64,000 nucleotides of DNA from Octopus vulgaris (GCA_951406725.2 OX597820.1:88784001-88848000); one strand, 5' to 3'. Positions 40,558 to 54,507 are shown, counted from the first letter of the stretch. Translations and numbers: made by a program. The notes: generated by a model not told the origin, from the letters alone.

Positions 40558-41390
40558 CGCCGAGTTCCCTAAACCAGCCGCTCCTGTTCCAAGCCCAGTA
40601 CCATGGTTACCCCGCTTCCCTCACCTCGCCTCCACACCGACTCCCCACGTTTCGGTGTTTCCCCCTGGATAAGAGCCAGGTGTTCGGATAACGTGTTTGT
40701 GTGCACGAACGCGCTTGTGTGTGCGTGTGTGTGATTGTGTGTGCGTTATGTGTGTATGTGTGTATGTGTGCGTGTGTGTGTGTGTAAAGACGAGGTGACT
40801 GGCCGCATTTGGCCGGCTGGCAGAGAGACAGAAGGACACACGCACACACACACACACACACACGCAGGCACAGACACATATGCACACTCATACACACACA
40901 CACACACACACACACTGAGCGAACTGGAGAGAGAGAGAGAGAGAGAGGGGAGAGACAGAGCGAGAGAGAGAGAGAGAGTGAGAGTGTTGAGCAGACTGCG
41001 ATATGGCGCCCAGATCTGTAGTTAGGACGCTGCACACGGCAGCAGATGTACAGTTAGCAAACAATGCATGAGGCAGAAAGAGGAAAGTGGGCTGAAGATA
41101 TATACACATACGAGACAGAAGGACGGTTGTGATATATGTATGTATGTATGCATATGTGTGTGCATGTACGGTGTGTGCGCCTGTGTGCGCCTGGCTGTGT
41201 GTTTTGTATGTGCGTGTGTGACTGCGCGCATATATACACAAAGAAAAAATAAACGAAGAGAGTTTGCTGGTCTTTTTGTTTGTTTTTTCTTTTTATACAT
41301 TAGGAGCCAAGATGGTTCACTATTGTATATTGTGATTACTATAGTTTGAATTATTATATTGAAAAATTTTTTTTTAAATAAATAAATAGC

Positions 41391-41559
41391 GGCAGGAGTG
41401 GCTGTGTGGTAAGTAGCTTGTTTACCAACCACATGGTTCCGGGTTCAGTCCCACTGCGTGGCATCTTGGGCAAGTGTCTTCTGCTATAGCCTCGGGCCGA
41501 CCAAAGCCTTGTGAGTGGATTTGGTAGACGGAAACTGAAAGAAGCCCGTCGTATATATG

Positions 41560-41590
<31 letters not shown>

Positions 41591-42399
41591 TTGTGTGTGT
41601 CTGTGTTTGTCCCCCTAGCATTGCTTGACAACCGATGCTGGTGTTTATGTCCCCGTTACTTAGCGGTTCGGCAAAAAGAGACCGATAGAATAAGTACTGG
41701 GCTTACAAAGAATAAGTCCCGGGGTCGATTTGCTCGACTAAAGGCGGTGCTCCTGCATGGCCGCAGTCAAATGACTGAAACAAGTAAATGAGTAAAGAGT
41801 AAAGAGTATTTGTTTGCGTGGCTGTGTAGTAAGAAGCTTTTTTACCAGCCACATGGTTCCGGGTTCAGTCCCTCTGCGTGGCACCTAGAGCAAATGTCTT
41901 CTACTATAGACTCAGGCCGACGAAAGAAAACCTTGTGATTGGATTTGGTTGACGAAAATCGAAAGAAGCCCGTCGTGTACATATATGTACTCTTCTACTC
42001 TTTTATTTGTTTCAGTCATTTGACTGCAGCCATGCTGGAGCACCGCCTTTAGTCGAGCAAATCGACCTCAGGACTTATTCTTTGTAAGCCTAGTACTTAT
42101 TCTATCAGTCCCTTTTGCCGAACCGCTAAGTTACGGGGACGTAAACACACTAGCATCGGTTGTCAAGCGATGTTGGCGGGACAAACACAGACACACAAAC
42201 ATATACACACACACACATACATACATACATACATACATACATACATACATACATACATACATGCATACATACATGCATACATGCATACATACATACATAC
42301 ATACATGCATACATACATACATACATACATACATACATACATACATGCATACATACATACATGCATACATACATACATACATGCATACATACATACATG

Positions 42400-42431
<32 letters not shown>

Positions 42432-43085
42432 CATACATACATACATACATATACACACGCATACATACATACATACATACATACATACATACATACATAC
42501 ATACATACATACATACATACATTTAAATATATATATGTATGGCCCGAGGCTATAGTAGAAGACACTTGCAGTGGGACTGAACCCGGAACCATGTAGTTGG
42601 TAAGCAAGCTACTTACCACACACCTACTCCTACACCTATGGATATATATATATTTATGTGTTTATGCCTTTGTGTCTGTGTTTGTCACCCCCCACCCCCA
42701 CTATCGTTTGACAACCGATATTGATGTGCTTATAAGGCGGCGAGCTGGCAGAAACGTTAGCACACCGGGCGAAATGCGTAGCCGTATTTCGTCTGCCGTT
42801 ACGTTCTGAGTTCAAATTCCGCCGAGGTCGACTTTGCCTTTCATCCTTTCGGGGTCGATTAAACAAGTACCAGTTACGCACTAGGGTCGATATAATCGAC
42901 TTAATCCGTTTGTCTGTCCTTGTTTGTCCCCTCTGTGTTTAGCCCCTTGAGGGTAGTAAGGAAATAGATATTGATGTGCTTATGTTCCCGAAACCTAGCG
43001 TTTCGATAAAAGACCGATAGAATAAGCAGTAGGCTTACAAAGAATAGGTCCTAGGGTCAAATGACTGAAACGTGTAAAAGAGTTA
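41391..43085. mobile_element. Cluster of SINE B copies: + 41391-41807, + 5' half 41815-41980, - 41995-42632, + 3' half 42660-43085
   Basis: Matches to 12532-12935 in both orientations; internal (TACA)n expanded to ~320 bp. Confidence 0.85.
42734..42966 (+). mobile_element. SINE family A, full-length young copy with 17-bp TSD
   Basis: TSD gatattgatgtgcttat at 42717-42733 and 42967-42983 defines the ends aaggcggcgagc..gaaata. Confidence 0.92.
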
Positions 43086-43583
43086 GTAATATTCTGTTGT
43101 CTGGGGAGAGTCATTTTCTTTTTGTGCCTTATTATGTACACACTCAAGGGTAAAATTTTCACTTATTTCTTATTTTTATTTTTCTAAAATTTTCGTTGCG
43201 TCTTGCAACCTTTTCAATAGTCTTAATTCTGTCGATTTCCAAAAAAAAACCAAAAAAAAAATTAAAAAAACAGTAGTGCTTTCTCTCGTACAGGCTTATC
43301 TCGAGTGATGGACATGTATATGTGCTTTTGGCCGGCTGGCAGTGAGACACAAACAGTATGTATCTCTTTTACTTGTTTCAGTCTGTTGACTGCGGCCATG
43401 CTGGAGCATCGCCTTTATTCGAACAAATCAGCCCTAGTATTTATTCTCCGTAAGCCTAGTACTTATAACCGCTAAGTTATGGGGACGTAAACACACCAAC
43501 ATCGGTTGTTAAGTGGGGTGGGTGGGGGACAAACACAGACACACACACACACACAAATATCTCTATATATAAAGAAGCCTGTA

Positions 43584-43637
<54 letters not shown>

Positions 43638-43852
43638 TAGAAAAAAACACTTTATCAATTCAATAATGAAAAATTAAATTATACCATTTAGAAAAATTAC
43701 ATATTATAGAAAGATTAAAATAAAATATAACATATAACAATGATTAAGTAATGTGCAAAATAATAAATAAAACGTATATATTTGGTAGAATATATATAAA
43801 TAGTGAGAATTTACAAAAATGCAAAAGACGAAGACGGGTGTGTAAACAACAG

Positions 43853-43939
<87 letters not shown>

Positions 43940-44269
43940 GAAGGTTTGACAATGCAATTTCAAAAGGTGTTTATTCACTTGACCGGTTCTGTCTGTGTCT
44001 TCTAGGATCTCGGGCATCCTCCATCCGATTGCGCTCAAATTTGATATGTTGATACCGACGCGCAAGTACATCGGCTGTTGCGATCGATACTACGCGTACG
44101 CGAGAAAAATGCACGTGCAGTTTGCGCCCATGCCCTTGAACATCCCGTCAAGTAAGTTAGCTTAAAATTAGTTACTTAGTTCCCTAGATTGTTGCTTTTC
44201 ATCAAAAATCGCCCCTTGTCGATTCCCTACATGTTTTATCGGATAAACTTATCATTGTCCCAGGTACGT

Positions 44270-45211
44270 TCCCATAAATTCATCATGCTTTTCCATTTAG
44301 ATTTACCTCCAGCTAACCCATTTGCATGCATCGTTTTTGTCCTGCTTTTCTTCCATATCCTTGCCTTCAGTTCATCTTTTGGTGTTACAAGGAGTTTTGT
44401 TGGTCTTTCACAATGAAGCGGATTGCAGACTGGGGAGTTAGGTGGCCAGATATTAGGGGTGATGTGGTCGCAGAAATTGTCATACATATTTCTTTACTAC
44501 CCACAAGGGGCCAAACACAGAGGGGACAAACAAGGACAGACAAACGGATCAAGTCGATTACATCGACCCCAGTGCGTAACTGGTACTTATTTAATCGATC
44601 CCGAAAGGATGAAAGGCAAAGTCGACCTCGGCGGAATTTGAACTCAGAACGTAACCACAGACGAAATACCGCTAAGCATTTCGCCCGGCGTGCTAACGTT
44701 TCTGCCAGCTCAACGCCATGACTGGGTTCTCCACCTTGTGTGGCATGTTGCAGAGTCCTGTTGCCAGGCGTATGGTCTTCCAGCAACCACCCTCTTGACC
44801 CCTTGCAGCACTACCTCCTCCAGGCACTTGATGTAGGCCTCTGTGTTGAGTCTGGGGCCGTGTTGGTAGCTGAAAGGAGGCATAACGTCGCCATGACTAT
44901 TAATCACTCCAAACACCATTATATTAACTGGTTGTTTGATTTTTATCATTCTCGGTACATGTCCTCAGATTGCACGGTTCTCAGACTGACACCCAAACAC
45001 ACTGGAATGTTCGTATTGGAACTTCCGGCCCGAATGCCAAGTAGTACAGCATGTCGTTTCCAACTCTCTGATAAAGTGAATTGCGTCATGGTTCTGTTTT
45101 TCTCACAGACGGTGCCCAACTGACCCTACTATACTGTGTAGTCGACAAAGTCTCAAAAACAAACATGATATTAAAGATATAAAATGGCGACAATTTACTA
45201 ATCGCACCCTG
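44270..45211 (-). mobile_element. Tc1/mariner (maT/DD37D-like) transposon relic interrupted by SINE A (~44487-44716)
   Basis: IMVFGVINSHGDVMPPF..LNTEAYIKCLEEVV..WQQDSA.CHT and IWPPNSPVCNPL; terminus TA-cagggtgcgattagtaaattgtcgcc. Confidence 0.85.
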
Positions 45212-45214
45212 TAT

Positions 45215-45560
<346 letters not shown>

Positions 45561-46221
45561 CGGAGAAGTAGAGTACAACTAAAATTGCGTCTAATGAAGT
45601 CAAGCAATAGGCGTATACAATAAGTGCCCAGGTGAGTTTAGCACTAAAACTCCGACTTGAACTACAGCTAGACCAAAAGTAATGTTATAGTTGCCCCGCA
45701 ATGAATGGTTAAAAGTAGTTCACCATTGAGCGGGTAGATATAGATTAGGAAGAAAGAATGCACAGGAAAAACATCACTTTAGAGCATAGAATTTATAATT
45801 CAAGGATAATTGCAGAGATGTTAGAGTAAATAAGGGATTAAGAAGTTGTGCATAAAGTGCCTTACAGCTGTTTCTAGAATAGTTTTGCATATGATCCATA
45901 TTTCATTGAGAAAAGATTTCCATATAAAAGCCAACTATATCGTTTTCAGAGGGGAAGAACTAAGAAATATCTGTAGTAAAGGATACTAGTAGTAAAGGAG
46001 AGGTGGGGGCGTGTGTGACCGAGTCGTGTGAATCTCGGCTTGATTGCGGTAACCGTTCCGACTCCCAGTGCTCTCAAATCCCGCCGAAGTTATCTTTACT
46101 TTTTATACTTTAAGGGTTAGATAAACATACGCTTATGTATGTATGTATGTATGTATGTATGTATGTATGTATGTATGTATGTATGTATGTATGTATGTAT
46201 GCATGAATGTGTGTATGTGTG

Positions 46222-46252
<31 letters not shown>

Positions 46253-46377
46253 GTATGTATGTATGTATGTATGTATGTATGTATGTATGTATGTATGTAT
46301 GTATGTATGTATGTATGTATGCATGCATGCATGTATCTGTGTGTGTATGTGTGTGTATGTATGCATGTATGTATGTA

Positions 46378-46661
46378 TCTTATACTTTTCAATTATTATA
46401 AATCTTCCGCTGAGGAGGCAGCCGATTTCCAACAAAGATACAAGACTCCATCTTTGGGATGTAGTTAACATAGACAAATTCACATTTGGAACTTGAGAAA
46501 AGTCTTGCACATTTTTACTGTTCCACTCACAGATTGCACATGTAACGTACAAATTATCCGGTCGATCTCTCTTTCTGAAAATCCCTGTTTATTCAGATTC
46601 TTCTTTAAGCATTTACTTAACAAAACTATTATTATTAGTATGAATATGAATTCATAGTCTG
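46378..46661 (-). mobile_element. 3' end of an RLE non-LTR element flanked on both sides by (ATAC)n
   Basis: DYEFIFILIII..LKKNLNKQGFSEREIDRIICTLHVQSVSGTVKMCKTFLKF is homologous to the C-terminus of ORF 10097-10468. Confidence 0.85.
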
Positions 46662-46937
46662 TATGTATGTATGTATGTATGTATGTATGTATGTATGTAT
46701 GTATGTATGTATGTATGTATGTATGTATGTATGCATGCATGCATGCATACACATACATACAAATCGCAAGTTTGCTTCTAACTCACAGACATTATAAAAC
46801 GACGAGGAAGGAAAATGTTACCATTAAAAAACAACAAGACAATGGTTAATGTAGTCCTAGGTATACTACGCCGGGAAACAAAATGGGACGATCAAAGCTG
46901 GAACAATGATAGGTCTGCTTGTTCAGAATTAGAGTTA

Positions 46938-47863
46938 TGAGGTGGTATCAAAAGGTTCCCAGACTAGTTATGTTTAATAATAATAATAAAAACACTTCTT
47001 TACGTAAGTTTTAACATCATCTTCTTCGAAATAGTCACCTTGCACAGCAATACACTGGTTCCAGTGTTTCTGCTACTTTTAGAATCCGGTCTGGAAGTAA
47101 TTTTCCGCGAGTGAGTCGAAGACCTTCTGTGATTCGCTCTAGATCTCGAGAAAAGTGATAAAACGACGACTTTTGAGCTGCATTTTTATCTTGGGGAAGG
47201 GATGGCAGTCTGAAGGTGCTAAATCTGTCGATTAGGGCGGGTGCAGAAACGATACTATGCTGTTTTTGGCAAGAAACTTACGAGTGAGGAGAGCTCAGTG
47301 AAGAATCCAATTCTCCGCGCTTCACAATTCCCGTCGCTTTCGACAAATGTCTTCCCTCAAATGCTTCAAAAAGTTGCAGTAGAACTCTGTATTGACTATC
47401 TATTGACTATTGGTGGACGAATTCTCGATGGACATTTCCGGGCGTAACGCTTGTGGCAGGTCTTCCATAACGCCCATTATCTTCCATGGACGTTCTTCTG
47501 CTTTTGAAGCGTCCGTGCCACTCGGGGATGTTCTTCTGCTTTTGAAGTGCTCGTGCCACTCCAAACATTGCATACGATCTATTGCCTCTTCGCCGTAAGC
47601 TTCCCGAAGAATGCTCAACGACTCAGTAGCAGATTTCCCAAGTTTAACGCAAAGTTTCACGTTGGCTTTTTGTTCCAACTTCCTGTCCATGACAAAATCG
47701 CAAACTACAGCATACAGGTGATCCCCAAAACACAAATTTCACAATTTTACTCGGCACATTGCGTCATGAAGATCACCACTAGCTCTCGTTCCGCACGTAA
47801 TTGTGTGCTACCATCTGTTGGCGCGTTACAGAACTAGCCCAGGAGCTTTTTGATAGCACCTCG
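46938..47863 (-). mobile_element. Internally deleted mariner element with both TIRs
   Basis: TIRs tgaggtggtatcaaaaggttcccagactagtt / aactagcccaggagctttttgatagcacctcg; N-terminus MDRKLEQKANVKLCVKLGKSATESLSILREAYG. Confidence 0.88.
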
Positions 47864-47964
47864 AAGTTCTGACGACAACATAATCAACAGCAACAGCAAC
47901 GATAGCGTGACTACCTATACCTTTGATCATATATCAACTTAACCCGATGTGACATAGGCTAAAT

Positions 47965-48335
47965 AATCCCTTCTACAAGAGGCAAAGGGCCTGAAATTTT
48001 GTGGAAGGGGGCTACTCGATTACTGACCCCAATACTTGACTAGCATTTATTTCATCAACAGCAGAATTTGAACTCAGAACGTAAATCCGGCAGAAATACC
48101 TATTTCTTTACTACCCGCAAGGGGCTAAACACAGAGAGGACAAACAAGGACAGAAGAACGGATTAAGTCGATTATATTAACCCCAGTGCGTAACTGGTAC
48201 TTATTTAATCAACCCCGAAAGGATGACAGGGAAAGTCGACCTCGGCGAAATTTGAACTCAGACCGTAGCGACAGACGAAATACCGCTAAGCATTTTGCCC
48301 GGCTCGGTAACGATTCTGCCAGCTCATCGCCTTTT
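47965..48335 (-). mobile_element. SINE family A composite
   Basis: Junction gaaatacc|tatttc at 48100/48101. Confidence 0.85.
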
Positions 48336-48447
48336 CTGGGGTTATATAATAACAACAATAAAATTTTTTTAAATATAGCCTGTCAATCAACATTACATTC
48401 TCATACTGCCCTTATCTTATCTTAACCCCGTTACTAGATCCAAACGA

Positions 48448-48755
48448 AGACACGTGGCTTAGTGGTTAGGGTATGCGACTCACGATTGTAAAGATGTGAG
48501 TTCAATTCCCGGCAACGCATTGTGTCCTTGAGCAAGATACTTTATTTCAAGTTGCTCCAGTCCACTCAGCTGGCAGAAATGAGTAGTACCTGTGTTTTCA
48601 AAGGACCAGTCTTGTTATATTCTGTGTCACACTCCAAGAACTACGTTAAGGGGATACGTACTTGTGGAGTGCTCGGTCACATGCACGTTAAATTCACGAG
48701 CTGTTCCGCTGATCGAATCAACTGGAACCCTCGTCGTAAGCGACGGAGTGCCAGT
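48448..48755 (+). mobile_element. SINE with D-type head and centre plus C-type tail
   Basis: cgtggcttagtggttagggt..gagttcaattccc..ttgctccagtccactcagctgg..gaactacgttaaggg..ggaaccctcgtcgtaagcgacggagtgcca. Confidence 0.8.
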
Positions 48756-48770
48756 ACTAGACTCAAACAA

Positions 48771-49225
48771 TACCTCGGCGGAATTTGAACTCAGAACGTA
48801 GCGGCAGACGAAATACCTATTTCTTTACTACCCACAAGGAGCTAAACACAGAGAGGACAAACAAGGACAGACAAACGGATTAAGTCGATTATATCGACCC
48901 CAGTGCGTAACTGGTACTTATTTAATCGACCCTAAAAGGATGAAAGACAAAATCGACCTTGGCGGAATTTGAACTCACAGCGTAGTGGCAGACGAAATAC
49001 CTATTTCTTTATTGCCCACAAGGGGCTAAACAAAGAGAGGACAAACAAGGACAGACACACGGATTAAATCGATTAGAACGATCCCAGTGCGTAACTGGTA
49101 CTTAATTTATCGACCCCGTAAGGATGAAAGGCGAAGCCGATCTCGGCGGAATTTGAACTCAGAACGTAACGGCAGACGAAATACGGCTATGCATTTCGCC
49201 CGGTGTGCTAACGTTTCTGCCAGCA
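48771..49225 (-). mobile_element. SINE family A head-to-tail multimer (~184-bp period)
   Basis: Two gaaatacctatttc junctions at ~48810 and ~48994. Confidence 0.88.
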
Positions 49226-49541
49226 CGCCAGAAGAAATGCCTTTAGCGGCATTTCTTCCGGCTCTTTACATTCGGTGTGCAGACGTCGACTTTATCTTTC
49301 ATCCTATCGACATTGATTAACTATGTACCAGTTGAACACCGAAATCGATATAATCGACTTACCCTCTCACTTAAAATTGCTGGCTTTGTGCCAAAATATG
49401 GACCCACTGTTATTACATCACTGTGCAATCTGGCTCTCAATTAAGGCCGAGTCACATCTAGAACAAAACATTTTGTGGGTCACATTATTTTGCACGTCAT
49501 GGCGAAAAATTCACCGAAATCAGAGCTGGTCAAGTGCAAAA

Positions 49542-49582
<41 letters not shown>

Positions 49583-49991
49583 CACTACCACTACCACCAC
49601 CACCGCCACTACACCACCACCACCACCACACCACTACCATCTCCAACATCACCACTATGACTCCATGAAATCCTGATCATCATTTACGCTGGCGCGTTCT
49701 AAGGGAAATAACTGTTAGTAATTTTTGAGTTATTTCCCTTGCATAAGCAACTCGACATGTTACATATTTGATGTATTTATCTGGTGAATGATTTGATGAG
49801 ACGTTTTGAAATGGAAACAGCGAGGATGTCACATATTTGCCATTTTAAAAAAAATTACGTGTTGATTGTTAATTTAAACGTTTATTATTTTGTGGAAGCT
49901 TGTCAGTAACCAAGTTGCAATTGGTGAGAAGAAAATTTTAGTACCAAATGAATGTTTAAAAGAAGTCAATAGACTTTGTGTTTTAAATGAC

Positions 49992-50415
49992 AGATCTTTT
50001 CGGTTTGAACGGCAGTTTTTTCTAGCGGGGTCATATGAAATTGTCACCCATAATTATGACCCTAGTATCGATCTATTGCATTTCAATCTATTTTAGGGTT
50101 AGGGTTAGGTTTAGGGGTGGGGGGAAGGGTATCTTTTTTTCTTCAGAAATGTAAATAAGCCCTATCTGTTTCTTAAACGAGGGACATATTCATACGGCAC
50201 AGAATGTCTTCACCTCAATAGATTTCATTGATTGGTTGAAATTTCAGAATTTGAAGAAAAAAAAACAACAAATATCTTACAAACTATAGAATTTTCTCAA
50301 TAAAGCCAAGAGAAAAAGATGTTTTATAAACACATTTTACCAGTATACGAAGTTTAAAAGTGTTTAGTTACGTGGAAATTATTTTAAAAAACTGCTGTTC
50401 AAACCGAAAAGATCC
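49992..50415. mobile_element. MITE with 30-bp TIRs and perfect 8-bp TSD (Merlin-like)
   Basis: TIR (a/g)gatcttttcggtttgaac(g/a)gcagtttttt; TSD taaatgac at 49984-49991 and 50416-50423. Confidence 0.88.
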
Positions 50416-51203
50416 TAAATGACTAATGCCTGCTTTCCACGCTGTAGTAGTGTTATATGTTGTATTTCGTAGAACATTGACGATTAAGTGTAATATTGAC
50501 TGGCAAAAGTGCCTTGTTGTATTTCTTCTTTAACATTCTTGGTTTTAAATCTGTTGAAGTCAACTTTGCTTTTTACCCTTCTCAGATTGATAACACTATG
50601 TAACACAATTTTTGTCATTGGGTAACAGCTGTCACTTCCTATTTACTTACCCTAAGAAAGTACGAAAAATTGCTAATATTTCCTTCAAATTTTGCTATTG
50701 TTACATTTATTCAAACCCCAAAGAATCCCTTTCAACAAATGGTTATGATGCTTTCCACTACACCTGCTCATGATCATAGATGCACATACTGTCAGCCACT
50801 AAGGGACATGCTCAAGTAGTTAAGGTCAAACAACTGACTAGCAAATTTGTGGTGTTGAGCAGAATATTTACTATAACGATATCTCTGCTTCAGCAACTCA
50901 ACGCTGAATCTGTCTGAAATATAATGGAAAATAGGTCAGTTTCAAAACATTGATGTCAAGGTCACAAAAGCAACGTTTGAAGGGAATAATAGTAATTTCC
51001 TTTGATTTCTAGATAGAAGCAAATAGGAAATAACACTTACTGACCAAAGGCCAAAACTTTTGTACTAGTCAAGATCTGGATCCCATGTAATCGACTATTT
51101 TCATGTCCGATTGGCTTTGGTTGGCTCGAGGCTATAGTTAAAGACACTTGCCCAAAGACTGAACCCTGGACACTTACCACACAGACACTCCTGCTTTACA
51201 TAA

Positions 51204-51315
<112 letters not shown>

Positions 51316-51321
51316 ACATAT

Positions 51322-51520
51322 GAAGATGAAAATGTGTGTCTGTCTGTGTGTGAATCCCTATAACTTGAGAACTACAGAACCAATTTCATTCAAATTTTAC
51401 ACATGCCTTACTTAGGGTCCATGTAGTGGCACGGGCAAAAAATTTTTTTTTAACTTCTTGCCTAGTGCGAGCCCACAGCAATATCATATCTTCTCTACTA
51501 TTTCAGTATTACGTGTCAAA
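51322..51520 (+). mobile_element. Helitron-like 5' segment
   Basis: aatgtgtgtctgtctgtg..gaactacagaaccaatttcattcaaattttacac parallels the 5' organisation of the Helitron copies. Confidence 0.4.
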
Positions 51521-51849
51521 TGAAACCAAAACATGGAGTCTCCCGTCGATTTCGATGCATGAGGCTCCGACAACGTACTCTTTCATAATGCTTATGTCGA
51601 ATGTGACATTTAAGAGCCACCAGCGATTTGCAGAGGAGGACACAGGTCAGTGTAGGTGGTATATTTGCAGTCGCTTTTCTCCTTTGCCTTGCACCCCGAA
51701 GCCTGTTAATGCTGATTGCAACTAAGTTTTTAATGCCATTTTGACACAACGATCTCCGTTTTGTTCGTACCAAGGCTATTCGCTGAAAGGTGTTGTGAGC
51801 TATCTTTATCTCTAAAAGTTACTCTTTAGCTTCTCATTATATCTGAGTC

Positions 51850-53075
51850 ATGGCTGACCAACATTCCTGTGCCCACTCTCAAGCTTGCTATACTTAAGGA
51901 CTTTGTGTATTCTTTAGTCACTCATTCTGACGACATGGCTAGCCCAGCGCAATTGTAATTGTATAAGGAAGCTCTCAATTCCACCTGTCTTACACTTGCT
52001 AAACAAGTCAGGAGTGTCAGGAAAATTGTGAACCAGTGGCCTCTGCTTGACACCTCAAATTTATTTAGGAGTAGGGCAAAGTTGGTGAATTACTTCCGTC
52101 TTCTTTATGCTGGTGGTCTAACCAAAGGCTTTACATGCAGCAGAAGACCAGTGTAGAAGTTCCTGAGCTTCCTCTAAAGAGGTCGCTACTAGTACAGCAT
52201 CATCTGCAAAAAGTAAATTACGATTGATACTGACGCGTAACAATGTTCTGGCTTTGAAACGCTGATGATTAAATAGTTCACCACTTGTTCGAAATTGGAA
52301 TTTGACACCACTTTGTATGTCGCCAAAAGCACACCTCAGTATCATTGAAAAGAAGAATGCAAACAAAACAGGGCCCATAACACAACCTTGCTTTGTGCCG
52401 TTTGTAACATCAAAGGAAGCTAAAGATTCCCCACCGGACATGACAGCACCCTTCATTCCCTAATGAAAGGAGATAACATTCAACATCTTGTCAGATATAC
52501 GAAGCTTTTTCAGAACTTTCCATAGTGCTTGCCAGTTAACAGTGTCGAAGCCCTTAGTAAGGTCAACGAATATCAAGAACAACTCTTGATTTTTCTCATG
52601 TACCTTCTCCATGACCTGTCGAGGGGAAAAGATCTTGTCGATAGTGCCACGACCAGAAATCCGCACTGTGATTCTGGGTACAACGTGTTTGATAATCCTG
52701 TCAGGAATGAGCCGAGCAAGAATCTTACCAGGAAACACAGAAGCGATATTCCACAATGGTTATCACAGACACTTTCGTTTCCTTTCTTCTTATACAGATG
52801 TTGAATTCAGGCATCCTTGAAGTTCTGTGGTACACGAACTACCTTCCAGATGTTTATGAAGAGGTCGTGCAGTTTCTTAAAAAGCTTCTGTCCACCATGC
52901 TTATAGGAGAGTAAGCATCCCTGCCAGTTGCTTTACCAGAAGAGATCTCTTTAATAGAGTTTACCAATTCCAGGAAGGTTGGCTCCAAAGACAGTTCCGG
53001 TATTACAGTGTGCTGTGGAACAGACATTATGACGTCGTCATTAGCGACTGAGGTGGAGTTCAACACGGCTTCAAA
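51850..53075 (-). mobile_element. Decayed RTE-clade LINE reverse transcriptase
   Basis: [43 protein letters not shown], with frameshifts and stops. Confidence 0.92.
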
Positions 53076-53094
53076 GTATATATATGCATGTATG

Positions 53095-53167
<73 letters not shown>

Positions 53168-53203
53168 CTGTATGTATATGTATATACATACACATGCACA
53201 CAC

Positions 53204-53250
<47 letters not shown>

Positions 53251-53506
53251 TGTAAATATGCATATATATGTATAGGCTTATGAATTTGTTTTACAAGACT
53301 CCTGATGTGAACTCGTGTGTTGAAACAGATATTGTTATATTTCGGAATGGTTATGTTTTTTTTTTTTCATGCACTCGCTTATTCTTATTCTTATTTTATC
53401 TTATGTCCATTGTTTAGAAATCTTTCATCACACATCAATAAGAAACGAGTGAAGAACGAATATCTAGTGCATGTGTTTATTTGACAAGTAAAATATGACC
53501 GTCCCG

Positions 53507-53570
<64 letters not shown>

Positions 53571-54199
53571 TAAATTTGTTTATGGGGAACGTTTTGAATA
53601 TGCAAATAAAGTTCCTATTCATTTATGCCGGCCACAGTCTAACGGTGCTGGCTAGTGAACCAGTTGTTTGGGGTTGCATCAAGTTGTACCGATATAATGT
53701 AGGACACGTATATAATAATAATAACAATAATCTTGGGATGGAATTTATAAACATTTAATGCATCGCTACGCGCGTTTCCAAAAATCGCGTGACTCTTAAG
53801 ATCATAGTCCGTATTAATGTGCAGTTGTACATTTATTTGTACATATAAGATACAGGCACGCGTACGCACACGTGTATGTGTGAATTTGTGTCAGTCTGGT
53901 CGATGAATATTCGGTCAGTTGAATTAATATATAAATGACTAATCATTCTACATACATGTGTCCCCTTTATATAATCAGCATGATGATAAGAGGGTGACAG
54001 AACTGTACCTTTGAATTATAGATAGAATTCATTCGAGAAGCGTCTACACAGTTTTCGTCTAATCTTTTTTTTTCTTGTTTGTTTTTTCTTTGTTTTTTTT
54101 TTTTTCACTGAGAAGTGAAAGTTGACCTGCAGCTTTAGAATTGATGTTTGACTAAGACACCTTTCGGTAGAATCGACCTAAGGATCTCGGGCATATTGA

Positions 54200-54507
54200 A
54201 CCTACACACATACATACGCACATAACACACACACACACACTTACGTATATACATTCATGCATACGTGCATACATGCATACACACACACACACACATAGCA
54301 CGCGCACACACACATAGGACACACACATACGTACGGACATACATTCATGCATGCATGTATGTATACATACACACACACAATGCACATACACAATCACAAC
54401 ACATACAGACCCACGTACGTACATACATAGGTACATACATACGTACATATATACATACATATATGCATACATACATACATACATACATACATACATACAT
54501 ACATACA

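Noticed and set aside
41003-41071. Short ORF MAPRSVVRTLH.. as a first coding exon
   Set aside because: Only 22 codons, no convincing splice donor and no recognisable homology.
50093-50124. TTAGGG repeats as a telomere fusion site
   Set aside because: Only a few imperfect units, internal to a TSD-bounded MITE.
53298-53340. CTGATGT..GAAAC as another hammerhead
   Set aside because: A9 is lost and no stem I pairing is visible.
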